From: a virus | Lineage: Duplodnaviria; Caudoviricetes | IMG/VR virus record: IMGVR_UViG_3300020020_000040 | Location: 1-52,690 of that record | Strand: one strand, 5' to 3' | Length of the DNA stretch: 52,690 bases | Shown: positions 1-9,317 of the stretch, piece after piece | How the letters are laid out: each line of letters starts with the position of its first letter | Position numbering within the stretch: position 1 is the stretch's first letter | Notes under the pieces: model-generated | What the model was told of the DNA's origin: nothing | Databases searched by the model: none | What the model saw: the letters and a program-made list of their open reading frames with translations, nothing else | Position numbers and translations under genes: made by a program

Positions 1-182
1 ACCCATTATTAACTAGTTAGTTAATTGAGGCGATGAGAATGATTCTCAACAACTGCATGATGGGGGCTCATTTCACACTGCGGGGGGGTGGGGGGGCAAA
101 CTTTTGGGCTGGGCCTGGTGCCGAATCCCTCATGACTTGTACGATAAAATTTTGAAACTATGCCTGAGATTGTAAATAGTTC

Positions 183-211
183 TTGACATTTGGTTACGTT
201 TGTGGTATAAT
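183..211 (+). promoter_or_regulatory. Consensus sigma70 promoter driving the packaging/structural arm
   Basis: TTGACA (183-188), 17-bp spacer, TATAAT (206-211). Confidence 0.9.
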
Positions 212-220
212 ATATGGGTA

Positions 221-592
221 GGTGGAAATTGTCCACCAAAATCAACAGGAACTGGCTTTCCCACGCTGTCTGTGGGCCGGAAAGTAGTACCGGATAAGTT
301 TGTTAAGAGCATGCAAATCTAGGGGCGCCAGCCAGACGAAAGCTAGACAAGCGCTAGTAGTCTGGGAAGAATCGTTAATGTGATTATTTTGAACAGATGA
401 GGGCAGGCTAGCGGAAGCCTGGGTAGACGAACCCCCTACCGAACTACTGTAGGATAAGTACCTACAGGGCTGAGAGGATATGAAATTCTGTTGATACCAC
501 TTGTCTAGGACATTCTTTGTTCTACATTCTTTTCTGTGTTCTTGTTCCATTGAACTTGACACCGATGAAAGAGGGAATCACGAACCCCCTCT
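221..592 (+). ncRNA. Highly structured non-coding leader or ncRNA (unknown class)
   Basis: No credible ORF. Long-range helix ATCAACAGGA(241-250)/TTCTGTTGAT(486-495) encloses several hairpins, e.g. CCCAC/GTGGG, CCAGAC/GTCTGG, CAGGCT/AGCCTG, GGTAG/CTACC, CTGTAGG/CCTACAG. Confidence 0.55.
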
Positions 593-640
593 ATGATCTT
601 GTTACGTCCAAAATATGAAAAACTCGTAGGAGTCTACACA

Positions 641-886
641 ATGAATTTCCTTGCCTATCTCGTTATCTCGATGACCCAGCTTACCCCACTTGGGCCGGCT
701 ATCACTAACGTTGCTCTCCCGTTCCCTACCCTGGAAGCCTGTGAGTTTTACCGGCAGTCGGCTGAATCGGAAGTTCTTTCTGCTTCGCAGCTTAATCTGA
801 TCAACTCGTCTATTGAGTGTGTTGATTCGAAAGCCCTGCATGGTGAGCCGGAAGAGCCGAAAGCAGACCCCAAGAAGCAGATCTAA
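641..886 (+). CDS. Small hypothetical protein with hydrophobic N-terminus
   Basis: AGGAG RBS upstream of ATG 641; MNFLAYLVISM... FPTLEAC. Confidence 0.65.
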   Translation: MNFLAYLVISMTQLTPLGPAITNVALPFPTLEACEFYRQSAESEVLSASQLNLINSSIECVDSKALHGEPEEPKADPKKQI

Positions 887-887
887 T

Positions 888-1427
888 ATGGGTACGGAAG
901 TTGTTCAATATCAGCAACTTCCTCTAGAAGCAAAGAGAGAGATCAGGGAGAAGGCTCCTCGAATTTGGTTCGAGACTAAGTCCCTGGCAGAGACCGGCAG
1001 ACGGTTGAATGTTAAGTATGAGACTCTCAAAGAGTGGAAGAAGACACGTTGGTGGGCAGATTCCATTCAGGAGCTAGAGGAAGTAGAGAAGGCCAGGACT
1101 GCACGGCGGCTTGGCCAGCTTACGGAGAAGGGCATTGATATTGTCCTTGAAAGACTGGAAGAGGGAGACCACGCCTTTAACAAGGCAGGTGAACTGGTAC
1201 GTAGACCCGTGTCTGCACGGGACGCATCTCGGATTATGTCGGATGCTCTGGATCGCAAGATGAAGCTTGAAACCGCAAGCAAATCATCTCAAGAGGCTGT
1301 GGTAGCTTCACTTGTTGATCTGGCGCAACGATTTGCCGAGCTAGCTAATAAGAAGCCTAGGCTCATTATCGATGCAGATGTTACTGACGTAGAGGTTATA
1401 GATGCCGCAGATCCAACTGACGTCTGA
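888..1427 (+). CDS. terS: Terminase small subunit
   Basis: N-terminal HTH-like segment (SLAETGRRLNVKYETLKEWKK), helical body, overlaps the start of terL; ATG 888 follows the upstream stop. Confidence 0.7.
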   Translation: MGTEVVQYQQLPLEAKREIREKAPRIWFETKSLAETGRRLNVKYETLKEWKKTRWWADSIQELEEVEKARTARRLGQLTEKGIDIVLERLEEGDHAFNKAGELVRRPVSARDASRIMSDALDRKMKLETASKSSQEAVVASLVDLAQRFAELANKKPRLIIDADVTDVEVIDAADPTDV

Positions 1428-2931
1428 TGTTATTGAGGGATTTGTCGGTAGTGTACTAGCCAATCGTTATGACAGTGCTACAGCCATTCCCAAGTTCCAT
1501 AAGGAGCTTTGGGAGTTGGCGTGTAGTGACCAGAAGTTTGTTGCCATTGCTGCCCCTCGGGGGCATGCTAAGTCAACGGCTGGGACGATTGCGTACACAC
1601 TAGCCTCTATCCTATTCCGATCATCGAACTACGTAGTCCTGGTGTCTGATACAGAATCCCAGGCAGTCATGTTCCTACTAGCTATTAAACAAGAATTACA
1701 AGAGAACAAGGATATCAAGGATCTCTTCCACCTCACTGTCGATGAAAAGGGAGTGAAGTTTGAGAAGGATACCGAATCGGTAATCACTGGTTCTTTCAAA
1801 GATGGACACAAGTTCAGGATCATTGCCAAGGGTAGTGAGTCTAGTCTTCGTGGATTGCTGTGGAATGGTCAACGACCAGACCTGATTGTGATCGACGACT
1901 TCGAGAATGATGAGCTTGTGATGAGTAAGGACAGGAGGGAGAAGCTGAAGCGGTGGTTCTATGGAGCCTTGCTGCCTTCTCTGAAACCTTCTGGTAAGGT
2001 TAGGATGTGGGGAACTATCCTCCACAACAGTTCGCTGCTTGAATCCCTGATGCCGTCCCTCACTGCTAAGAATACAGTACAAGTGGGACTGCGGATGCAC
2101 TCTGCACCAGCACCATTCTTTAGGCCGATGTTCAAGTCCCTGCGGTATCGAGCACACTCAGATGATTACAAAGAGATCCTTTGGCCTGATCGATTCGACA
2201 AAGAGTTCTACAAGACTAAGAAAGCTGAGTTCGATAAGCAGGGTTTGAGTGATGTCTATGCTCAGGAGTACCTGAACATGCCGATTGATGCCTCCAAGGC
2301 GTACTATCGGAAGAGTGATATGCAGCCAATGCAGGCAGAGGACAAGAAAACTCGCAAGAAATACTATGTCACTGCTGACCTAGCCATCTCCCAGGACGAA
2401 CGGGCGGACTATACCGTCTTTGTTGTCACTGGTATGGACGAAAACCGTACAGTTCATGTGTTGAATGTCATCCGTGAGCGTATGGATAGCCTGGAAATCA
2501 TCGAAACAATCTTCCAACTCCACAAAATCTACAATCCCGAGGCTATCGGCATCGAAAAAATGCAGGTATCCCAGGCGATTGCCCCTATTTTGCGTGAGCA
2601 AATGGTCCAACGTGGGATTTTTCCTAACATTCTTGAGCTTTCGCACATGAATAAGGACAAACCAACACGTGGTAGGTCAATGCAAGCGCGATTGAGGGCA
2701 CAAACTGTGAGGTTTGACAAGGATGCTGACTGGTGGCCTGCTCTTGAAGAGGAACTTTCCCAGTTTCCTAGAGGAAAGAACGACGACCAAGCCGATGCCT
2801 TCGCTTATGCTGGGCTTTTACTCGATAAAATGACTGAGGCCCAGACGGATCGGGAGATTCGTGAAGAAGAAGATGAAGAAGCTCTGGCTGACACAGCCTT
2901 TACCTCCAGGAATCCGATCACTGGGTACTAA
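1402..2931 (+). CDS. terL: Terminase large subunit
   Basis: Walker A APRGHAKST, Walker B LIVIDDFEND, C-terminal RNase H-like nuclease (ADLAIS, GIEK, DDQADA). Confidence 0.93.
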   Translation: MPQIQLTSDVIEGFVGSVLANRYDSATAIPKFHKELWELACSDQKFVAIAAPRGHAKSTAGTIAYTLASILFRSSNYVVLVSDTESQAVMFLLAIKQELQENKDIKDLFHLTVDEKGVKFEKDTESVITGSFKDGHKFRIIAKGSESSLRGLLWNGQRPDLIVIDDFENDELVMSKDRREKLKRWFYGALLPSLKPSGKVRMWGTILHNSSLLESLMPSLTAKNTVQVGLRMHSAPAPFFRPMFKSLRYRAHSDDYKEILWPDRFDKEFYKTKKAEFDKQGLSDVYAQEYLNMPIDASKAYYRKSDMQPMQAEDKKTRKKYYVTADLAISQDERADYTVFVVTGMDENRTVHVLNVIRERMDSLEIIETIFQLHKIYNPEAIGIEKMQVSQAIAPILREQMVQRGIFPNILELSHMNKDKPTRGRSMQARLRAQTVRFDKDADWWPALEEELSQFPRGKNDDQADAFAYAGLLLDKMTEAQTDREIREEEDEEALADTAFTSRNPITGY

Positions 2932-2956
2932 CTCAACACACAAAGAGAGATAACTT

Positions 2957-5110
2957 ATGGCCTTTCCTCCTGATATGCCTCTACCCCAAGGTGATCCCTC
3001 TCAGGGGATGGGCATGCCTCCCCAACCTCCGGCTGCTGCACCTGACATTAACCCAATGCCCAGTGATTTCTTTGCAGAGGAGCCGGATTCCTATCAATCC
3101 AACGTTTCAGCGGAGACACAATATGAAACTAATCTCAAAGCTCAAAAGTTTGCTGCAGAAGCTAAAAAGAACATTGCAGAATCTCTTTCAGAAGAGCGCC
3201 TAAACGAGATCGGGTCCAACTGCAAGCGTTCCTTCGACATCGATGTGCAAACAACGAGGCAATGGAGGAATGAGGTTGACCAGTGGATTCAGTTAGCTAT
3301 TCAAGCACGGGATCCTAAGAACTTCCCGTGGAATAACGCTAGCAATATCAAGTTTCCGCTGGTCTCCATTGCTGCCATGCAGTTTGGAGCCCGTGCCTAC
3401 CCGACACTTGTACCATCTGGTGACAAGATTGTCAAGCCCGTTGTCTTTGGTACAGATGCTGATGGCTCCAAGCTCAAACGAGCACAACGAGTCAGCAAGT
3501 ATATGTCATGGCAACTGCTGTATGAGATGGATGGTTGGGAAGAGGACATGGATTTCCTGCTCCTCCAGCTGGCTATCATGGGTACGATGTTCAAGAAAAC
3601 CTTCTACGATCCCCATTGTGAGAAGGTTAAATCGGAGTTGGTTGACCCTAGGGAACTGACTATCAATTACTTCGCTAAGAGCATGAACGAGTTCCAGACA
3701 ATCTCTGAGCACTGGTTCCTGTACAAGCGTGAGGTTATCGAACGTCAGCGATCTGGTGTCTTCCTTGAAGACGTAGAACTTGGTGATCCCACCATGTCCG
3801 CATTTGAGGGGGTGAGTTATGTCCCTGCTGACACAGAAGATGTTCCGTATTTCCTGGTCGAACAGCACTGCTGGATCGATCTAGACGATGATGATCTCCA
3901 AGAGCCCTACGTCGTTACGTTTGAGAGGTCTACCGGAAAGGTACTCTCGATCTATCCCCGATACTTCCCGGAAGATATTAAGGTCCGAAAAGGGAAGATT
4001 GTCTCTATCAAACCCTGTTCTCAATACACAAGATTTTCTTTCATTCCAAATCCGGAGTCTAAGATCTACAGCTTGGGATTCGGACATCTCCTTGGACCAA
4101 TTAACGAAAGCGTTAACACCATTGTTAACCAGCTTGTCGATGCAGGAACCCTATCCAATCTACAAAGTGGTTTTATTGGAAAGGGGCTTCGTCTTGCGAA
4201 GGGTGAACAAATACTCCAGCCTGGGCAGTGGAAGCAAGTAAATGCTGTAGGCGATGACCTTCGTAAACAGATCGTCCCGCTTCCTGCCAACGAACCATCC
4301 AATGTGTTGTTTCAACTCCTTGGGTTCCTGGTTCAGTCTGGTAAGGAACTGGCGTCTGTTGCTGAGATCTTCGTTGGTAAGATGCCTGGTCAGAATACTC
4401 CTGCCACTACTACGATGGCAAGTATCGAGCAGGGCATGAAGGTGTTCACTGCAATTTATAAACGTACCTATCGAGCTCTTTCCGAAGAGTTCGATAAACT
4501 CTACTACCTGAACAGTAAGTACATGGACTTTGAAACCATGGTGTCTGTTCTTGATGAACCTGTCAATCCCCAGGACTTCAATACGAAGGACTACAACATT
4601 CTTCCGGGTGCTGATCCGACTGCCGTCTCTAGTACGGAACGTCTGATGAAAGCCCAGGGTCTGTTGGAACTTCTGCCCCTTGGTACCATCGATCCTCTCG
4701 AAGTTACTAAGCGGGTGCTTGAAGCCCAGGAACAACCGGACTGGGAAGCGCTCATTCCGGGTATGAAACAAACTGGTCAGCCACAGATTCCACCTCCTCC
4801 TCCTGATCCGAAGATGTTGGCTATGGAAGCTAAGGCTGCTAATGATCAGCAAAAAGCACAGATGGATGCTGAGAAACAGCAACGTCAAATGGCTATGGAA
4901 GAAACCAGTAACGAAGCTCAGCTTGCGATGAAGGCTCAAGAGAACACCCTCAATCAACAGCATGCAGCAGTTATGGGCAACATCGAAGCCGAAGGTGCTC
5001 GACGCAAACAAGAAATCTTTATGGCAGAAGCAAGGCAGAAAGCTCAGCTAAGGAACGAGGAGTCCAAAGCTAAACAGCAGGCTGCTAAGTCTACTCCCAA
5101 AAAGAAATAA
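2957..5110 (+). CDS. Portal protein (podoviral, long C-terminal coiled coil)
   Basis: 717 aa directly after terL; PWNNASN, LVDAGTLSN, TATTTMASIEQG motifs; Q/E/K-rich C-terminal helix. Confidence 0.85.
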   Translation: MAFPPDMPLPQGDPSQGMGMPPQPPAAAPDINPMPSDFFAEEPDSYQSNVSAETQYETNLKAQKFAAEAKKNIAESLSEERLNEIGSNCKRSFDIDVQTTRQWRNEVDQWIQLAIQARDPKNFPWNNASNIKFPLVSIAAMQFGARAYPTLVPSGDKIVKPVVFGTDADGSKLKRAQRVSKYMSWQLLYEMDGWEEDMDFLLLQLAIMGTMFKKTFYDPHCEKVKSELVDPRELTINYFAKSMNEFQTISEHWFLYKREVIERQRSGVFLEDVELGDPTMSAFEGVSYVPADTEDVPYFLVEQHCWIDLDDDDLQEPYVVTFERSTGKVLSIYPRYFPEDIKVRKGKIVSIKPCSQYTRFSFIPNPESKIYSLGFGHLLGPINESVNTIVNQLVDAGTLSNLQSGFIGKGLRLAKGEQILQPGQWKQVNAVGDDLRKQIVPLPANEPSNVLFQLLGFLVQSGKELASVAEIFVGKMPGQNTPATTTMASIEQGMKVFTAIYKRTYRALSEEFDKLYYLNSKYMDFETMVSVLDEPVNPQDFNTKDYNILPGADPTAVSSTERLMKAQGLLELLPLGTIDPLEVTKRVLEAQEQPDWEALIPGMKQTGQPQIPPPPPDPKMLAMEAKAANDQQKAQMDAEKQQRQMAMEETSNEAQLAMKAQENTLNQQHAAVMGNIEAEGARRKQEIFMAEARQKAQLRNEESKAKQQAAKSTPKKK

Positions 5111-5125
5111 CGCCAAAGAGGCTCT

Positions 5126-5329
5126 ATGAAAATTATCCCAGAGCAACTAGCTGCATGGAAAGATGATGAGGTTACACGAGAGTTGTACCAAATCCTCAAA
5201 GAAACGCAGGCTGGTTTAACGCAACAGTTAATTGCGCAAGCAGGTACGAATCCTTCTGATGATGCTCGCATCGCCGGAATGATCCAAGCCTACGAAGATG
5301 TTATGACAGTCGATCTCAAAGGAGATTAA
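5126..5329 (+). CDS. Hypothetical protein (head module)
   Basis: 67 aa ORF with GAGG RBS between portal and GroES. Confidence 0.7.
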   Translation: MKIIPEQLAAWKDDEVTRELYQILKETQAGLTQQLIAQAGTNPSDDARIAGMIQAYEDVMTVDLKGD

Positions 5330-5334
5330 ATACC

Positions 5335-5688
5335 ATGTCCATTAGTCCGATTGGCTACCGAGTGTTAGTCAAACCCGATAAACTTGAATCCGATAAAACC
5401 TTCAAGGCTGCCAAAGCGGCTGGCCTTGCACTGCCTGACAATCTGGAATCTATGCAGATTGCCGAGCGTAAGTTGGATTCGGGTGAAGTGATTGCAATTG
5501 GTGAAGCTGCCTTCCGAGTTTTCAAATCAGAAGCTGGCATCCCACAGACTACCCCTGCCTGGGTTAACGTTGGTGATCGTGTTGTGTTCGCACAATACGC
5601 TGGTAAGACCATCATCGATCCTCAAGACGGTGAACGATATCTTGTCCTCGCGGATGAAGATCTTGTCGCTGTGGTGAGAGGTGAATAA
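5335..5688 (+). CDS. groES: GroES/Cpn10 co-chaperonin
   Basis: PIGYRVLVKP, GEVIAIG, VGDRVVFAQYAG, YLVLADEDLVAV. Confidence 0.88.
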   Translation: MSISPIGYRVLVKPDKLESDKTFKAAKAAGLALPDNLESMQIAERKLDSGEVIAIGEAAFRVFKSEAGIPQTTPAWVNVGDRVVFAQYAGKTIIDPQDGERYLVLADEDLVAVVRGE

Positions 5689-6488
5689 TGGCTGATCCAA
5701 ACCAACCCGTCATCGATCCTGTCGTTGACGTTGCTCCCGATAATACGCCTGAACCTACCATCGACGATCGTGCGAAGGAAATGGGATGGCGTCCTCTCGA
5801 AGAGTATGAAGGTGACCCGGAGAAGTGGGTTAGTGCCCAATCGTTCGTGGACCGCAAACCGCTGTTCGATAAGATCGATTCGCAAAACAAGCGAGTCAAA
5901 GCTCTGGAGAAGAGTCTCCAAGAACACAACGCATCTATGGCTGCGTTGGCTGAACACCACAAGAAAGTAGCTGAGACCTCTTACAAGAAAGCCCTGGCTG
6001 ACTTGAAAGCTGAACGTCGGGCTGCTGTTCGTGCTGGTGATCACGAATTGATCGAACAAATTGAAGATCAAATTGATGAACTGAAACCGGATCCGGTGCC
6101 TGAGATTAAGACCCAGGAACCACAACCGTACACCCAGGAAGTCAATGAATGGATGGCCGAGAATTCTTGGTACAATTCCAACAAAGAAATGCAGCACATT
6201 GCCGATGGTTTTGGCAAGGCTGCTCAAGCTCGCGGACTCTCCACCCCGGAGATTCTGGCTGAGATGAAAACTCGTATGCGGGAAGTCTATCCTGACTTCT
6301 TCCGTAATCCGAATAAAGACAAAGCCCCACCTTCGAAGACGAAGGACCATACCGCTACTGCTCACAAGGCTTCAGCCTATAGACCCACCGCTCAACAGCA
6401 GAAGTTCGCTAAGACCTTCGTTGAATCTGGTGCGTTTAAGTCTGTGGACGAATACTACAAACAGTTGCGAGAACTAGGAGAACTGTGA
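5688..6488 (+). CDS. Capsid scaffolding protein
   Basis: Acidic/Pro N-terminus, AKEMGWRP motif, coiled coil, position upstream of the capsid gene. Confidence 0.7.
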   Translation: MADPNQPVIDPVVDVAPDNTPEPTIDDRAKEMGWRPLEEYEGDPEKWVSAQSFVDRKPLFDKIDSQNKRVKALEKSLQEHNASMAALAEHHKKVAETSYKKALADLKAERRAAVRAGDHELIEQIEDQIDELKPDPVPEIKTQEPQPYTQEVNEWMAENSWYNSNKEMQHIADGFGKAAQARGLSTPEILAEMKTRMREVYPDFFRNPNKDKAPPSKTKDHTATAHKASAYRPTAQQQKFAKTFVESGAFKSVDEYYKQLRELGEL

Positions 6489-6880
6489 TGACTGAAACCG
6501 TTCGCGCGCCGAGAGGGCGTCCTAATCGTAGGGAAGCTGCTGGATTTCGCAATCGTCTTGCGATCTCTGGACAAGACCCTAGTTTTGTATATCGTATTGT
6601 GAATGACAGTGATGGTCGGGTTGCTTACTTTGAGAACCTTGGTTATGAACTGTGCAAGCACGACGAAATTAAAGTTGTGGGAAAGCGTCAGACTCAACCA
6701 GATGCCAAGGAAGGACAGCTTGCTGTTATCTCCGTAGGTGGTGGGCAGAAAGCTTATGTCATGAAGATTCGGAAAGATTGGTACGATGAGGACCAAGCCG
6801 AGAAACGTGGCATGATTGATGAACAACGCAAAACCATTGGACAATTCGAAGGGAGTACAGGCAGAGTCAAAACTGGCTAA
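6488..6880 (+). CDS. Conserved head-module hypothetical protein
   Basis: TGATG overlap with scaffold; YRIVND...GRV...LGY. Confidence 0.7.
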   Translation: MTETVRAPRGRPNRREAAGFRNRLAISGQDPSFVYRIVNDSDGRVAYFENLGYELCKHDEIKVVGKRQTQPDAKEGQLAVISVGGGQKAYVMKIRKDWYDEDQAEKRGMIDEQRKTIGQFEGSTGRVKTG

Positions 6881-6906
6881 CCTGCTCCTATTAATGGAGA
6901 ATTTTT

Positions 6907-7500
6907 ATGGCTAACGTTAATCGCGTTGACGGGTTTGGTCCCGTTAAGTACAACAATGGCGCGCCGTGGAACGGTGCTTGCCATCTGTACTCGGTGCAGG
7001 CCTCTGATAACACTGCGCTGTTTATTGGTGATCTGGTCAAACTGGATGGTACTGCTGATGCTAATGGCATCCGTGGCGTCACCCAAGCTGCTGCTAGCAA
7101 TGCGGTGATTGGTGCTGTTGTTGGGTTCCTCGTGAACTACTCGAACATCAATGCTGCTCCGTATCGCCTGGCCTCGACGGCTCGGTATGCGCTGGTAGTT
7201 GACGATCCTGATGTTCTGTTTGAAGCTCAAGAAGATGGTGATACCGATCCCCTGGAAATGGTTGATGCCGGTCTGAATGTGAACTTTGTTGTTGGTTCTG
7301 GTAATACGACCACTGGTATGTCGGGTATGCAGATTGACTCGAATACTGAAGCTACGGGCGCCACGCTCCCGCTTAAGTTGATCCAGCCTGTGCAACGTTC
7401 GGGTAATGAACTGGTTGCTGCTGGCCAAGCGTATACGCGCTGGCTGGTTAAGATCAACAACCATCAGCTTGGTAGCCATACTGGCACGGCTGGCGTTTAA
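6907..7500 (+). CDS. Capsid decoration/auxiliary head protein
   Basis: Beta-rich G/A/V protein directly upstream of the MCP with highly expressed codon style; GGAG RBS. Confidence 0.6.
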   Translation: MANVNRVDGFGPVKYNNGAPWNGACHLYSVQASDNTALFIGDLVKLDGTADANGIRGVTQAAASNAVIGAVVGFLVNYSNINAAPYRLASTARYALVVDDPDVLFEAQEDGDTDPLEMVDAGLNVNFVVGSGNTTTGMSGMQIDSNTEATGATLPLKLIQPVQRSGNELVAAGQAYTRWLVKINNHQLGSHTGTAGV

Positions 7501-7512
7501 GGAGAATAAGAA

Positions 7513-8430
7513 ATGGCTGGTGGTATTATCACTTCTTCGTCCTTTGCTAAATCCCTGTGGCCTGGCGTAAATGCCTGGTACGGGAAAGCTTACGACGAGT
7601 TCCCTGTTGAGTACACGAAACTGTTTGATACGCACACCTCGAAGCGTGCGTTCGAAGAGGACGTCGGTACTTCTGGCTTCGGTTTGGCCTCGGTTAAGAC
7701 TGAAGGCGATTCGATCGTCTATGACGCTGAGCGGCAAGGTTTCGTTACCCGCTACTCGCACGTTGTGTACGGCATGGGCTTCATCATCACGCGCGAAGCG
7801 GTGGACGATGATCTGTATGATGTTGTTGGTTCGCGTAAGGCGCAAGCCCTTGCGTTTTCGATGCGTCAGACGAAAGAGATCGTTGCTGCTAACGTGTTCA
7901 ATACCGGTTTCACCGGCGGCCCGACCTATGGTGACGGTGTTAGCATGCTGAATGCTTCGCACCCGAACATGGCCGGTGGCACGTGGTCTAACCAACTGAG
8001 CACCGCTGCTGACCTGTCGGAAGCTTCGCTTGAGCAAGCTGCCATTGAGATCCAAGGACTCACGAATGACCGTGGCCTTAAGATCGCTGTTAAGCCCCGT
8101 ACCCTGGTGATCCCGTATCAACTGGAGTTCGAAGCTGCGCGTATTCTTAAGTCGGTTGGACGTGTTGGCACGGACCTGAATGACATCAATGCACTGAAAG
8201 AAGTTGGCATGTTCCCCGGTGGAATCGTAGTCTCGCACTACCTGACCGATCCGGATGCATGGTTCATTCGCACCAATGTTCAGCATGGTCTGAAGCACTG
8301 GCAGCGTCGTGCTGACGAGTTCGCGATGGATAATGATTTCGATACGGAAAACGCCAAGTACAAAGCTACTGGTCGTTACTCGTTCGGTATCACCGATCCG
8401 CGTGCGATCTTCGGTTCGGCTGGCGCCTAA
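7513..8430 (+). CDS. Major capsid protein (HK97 fold)
   Basis: 305 aa, AAGGAG RBS, followed by a terminator; motifs KTEG, ITREAVDDDLY, SHYLTDPDAWF, RYSFG. Confidence 0.85.
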   Translation: MAGGIITSSSFAKSLWPGVNAWYGKAYDEFPVEYTKLFDTHTSKRAFEEDVGTSGFGLASVKTEGDSIVYDAERQGFVTRYSHVVYGMGFIITREAVDDDLYDVVGSRKAQALAFSMRQTKEIVAANVFNTGFTGGPTYGDGVSMLNASHPNMAGGTWSNQLSTAADLSEASLEQAAIEIQGLTNDRGLKIAVKPRTLVIPYQLEFEAARILKSVGRVGTDLNDINALKEVGMFPGGIVVSHYLTDPDAWFIRTNVQHGLKHWQRRADEFAMDNDFDTENAKYKATGRYSFGITDPRAIFGSAGA

Positions 8431-8436
8431 TGCCCG

Positions 8437-8465
8437 AGGGCCGGGAGAAATCCTGGCCCTTTTTT
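8437..8465 (+). terminator. Intrinsic terminator after the capsid gene
   Basis: AGGGCCGGGA-GAAA-TCCTGGCCCT followed by TTTTT. Confidence 0.85.
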
Positions 8466-8478
8466 ATAGGAGATTAAG

Positions 8479-8892
8479 ATGCCTGTATTTAATGTGAATC
8501 TGAGCTATCCGAAACCTCGTGCTCTGCAAACCAAGTTTGGTCTGATCGCCCGTACCGATTCAGCTACCGCGAAACTGGTACTCCCGAAAGGTAGTATTCC
8601 CTGGAAGGTTGAATTCCTCCAGACCAGTGCCGCTGTTACTGATGTTGGTGGTGTTGATATTGGTTGGACTGGTGATGCGGATGCGTTGGTTGATGGCCAT
8701 GTGTTCGGTACTACGCTTACTGGTTCTGGTCCTGCTACGGGTGTTACCGCTGGTCTGTCGCTTGGGCAACCCCTTGCTGCTGACACGGTGATTACTGCTA
8801 CGTATGTGGTCGGGTCGTCTACCGCTGGTGGCGCTGCTATTTTTGCAATCCACTACTTCATGCCGGGTCCGGGTGAAGGGATCGATGCCTAA
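8479..8892 (+). CDS. Putative virion structural protein
   Basis: AGGAG RBS; small beta-rich protein. Confidence 0.65.
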   Translation: MPVFNVNLSYPKPRALQTKFGLIARTDSATAKLVLPKGSIPWKVEFLQTSAAVTDVGGVDIGWTGDADALVDGHVFGTTLTGSGPATGVTAGLSLGQPLAADTVITATYVVGSSTAGGAAIFAIHYFMPGPGEGIDA

Positions 8893-9209
8893 TGGAACCT
8901 ACCCTCGAATTGGGGGGTAGAGAACCTAGACCTATGGGCTGGCAACTTGACAAAAGGATTTCGATACAGCACCTATCCACGGTGATTGCAATGTTGCTAG
9001 CCGGCTTGGCTGCATTTAATTCAGTCTCCAAAGAAGTTGCTGTTAACGCTGTGCGGATTTCTTTAAGTGAAACACAATCCGTAGTGCTAAAGGCTGATAT
9101 TCAGTCTACCCTTAACGAAGTAAAAGCGGAGATACGAGACCTCCGAAATGAGGTCAAACTATTTCAACTTAGGACAGTCACACAAGCACAAGTTAACAAT
9201 AATAAATGA
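8892..9209 (+). CDS. Single-TM plus coiled-coil membrane protein (holin-like)
   Basis: WQLDKRIS then hydrophobic TVIAMLLAGLAAF, then heptad LNEVKAEIRDLRNEVK. Confidence 0.55.
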   Translation: MEPTLELGGREPRPMGWQLDKRISIQHLSTVIAMLLAGLAAFNSVSKEVAVNAVRISLSETQSVVLKADIQSTLNEVKAEIRDLRNEVKLFQLRTVTQAQVNNNK

Positions 9210-9317
9210 GGAAGTAGGATGACTCTTCAATAAGAGTTGTCCGAACCCTAGACCCAAGGCGTATCGGACTACGGTCCTAAGCATAGCCAAAATACTCAAT
9301 CAATGGGATAATACACG

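Noticed and set aside
21-245. 74-aa minus-strand ORF
   Set aside because: Mostly the reverse complement of the sigma70 promoter and G-tract; implausible composition
221-592. tRNA, tmRNA or hammerhead in the leader
   Set aside because: No T-loop/acceptor stem; the CAGAUGA and CCGAUGA words lack a matching stem II-GAAA arrangement
6877-8298. 473-aa minus-strand ORF
   Set aside because: Antisense shadow of the strongly codon-biased head genes; no RBS or protein motifs
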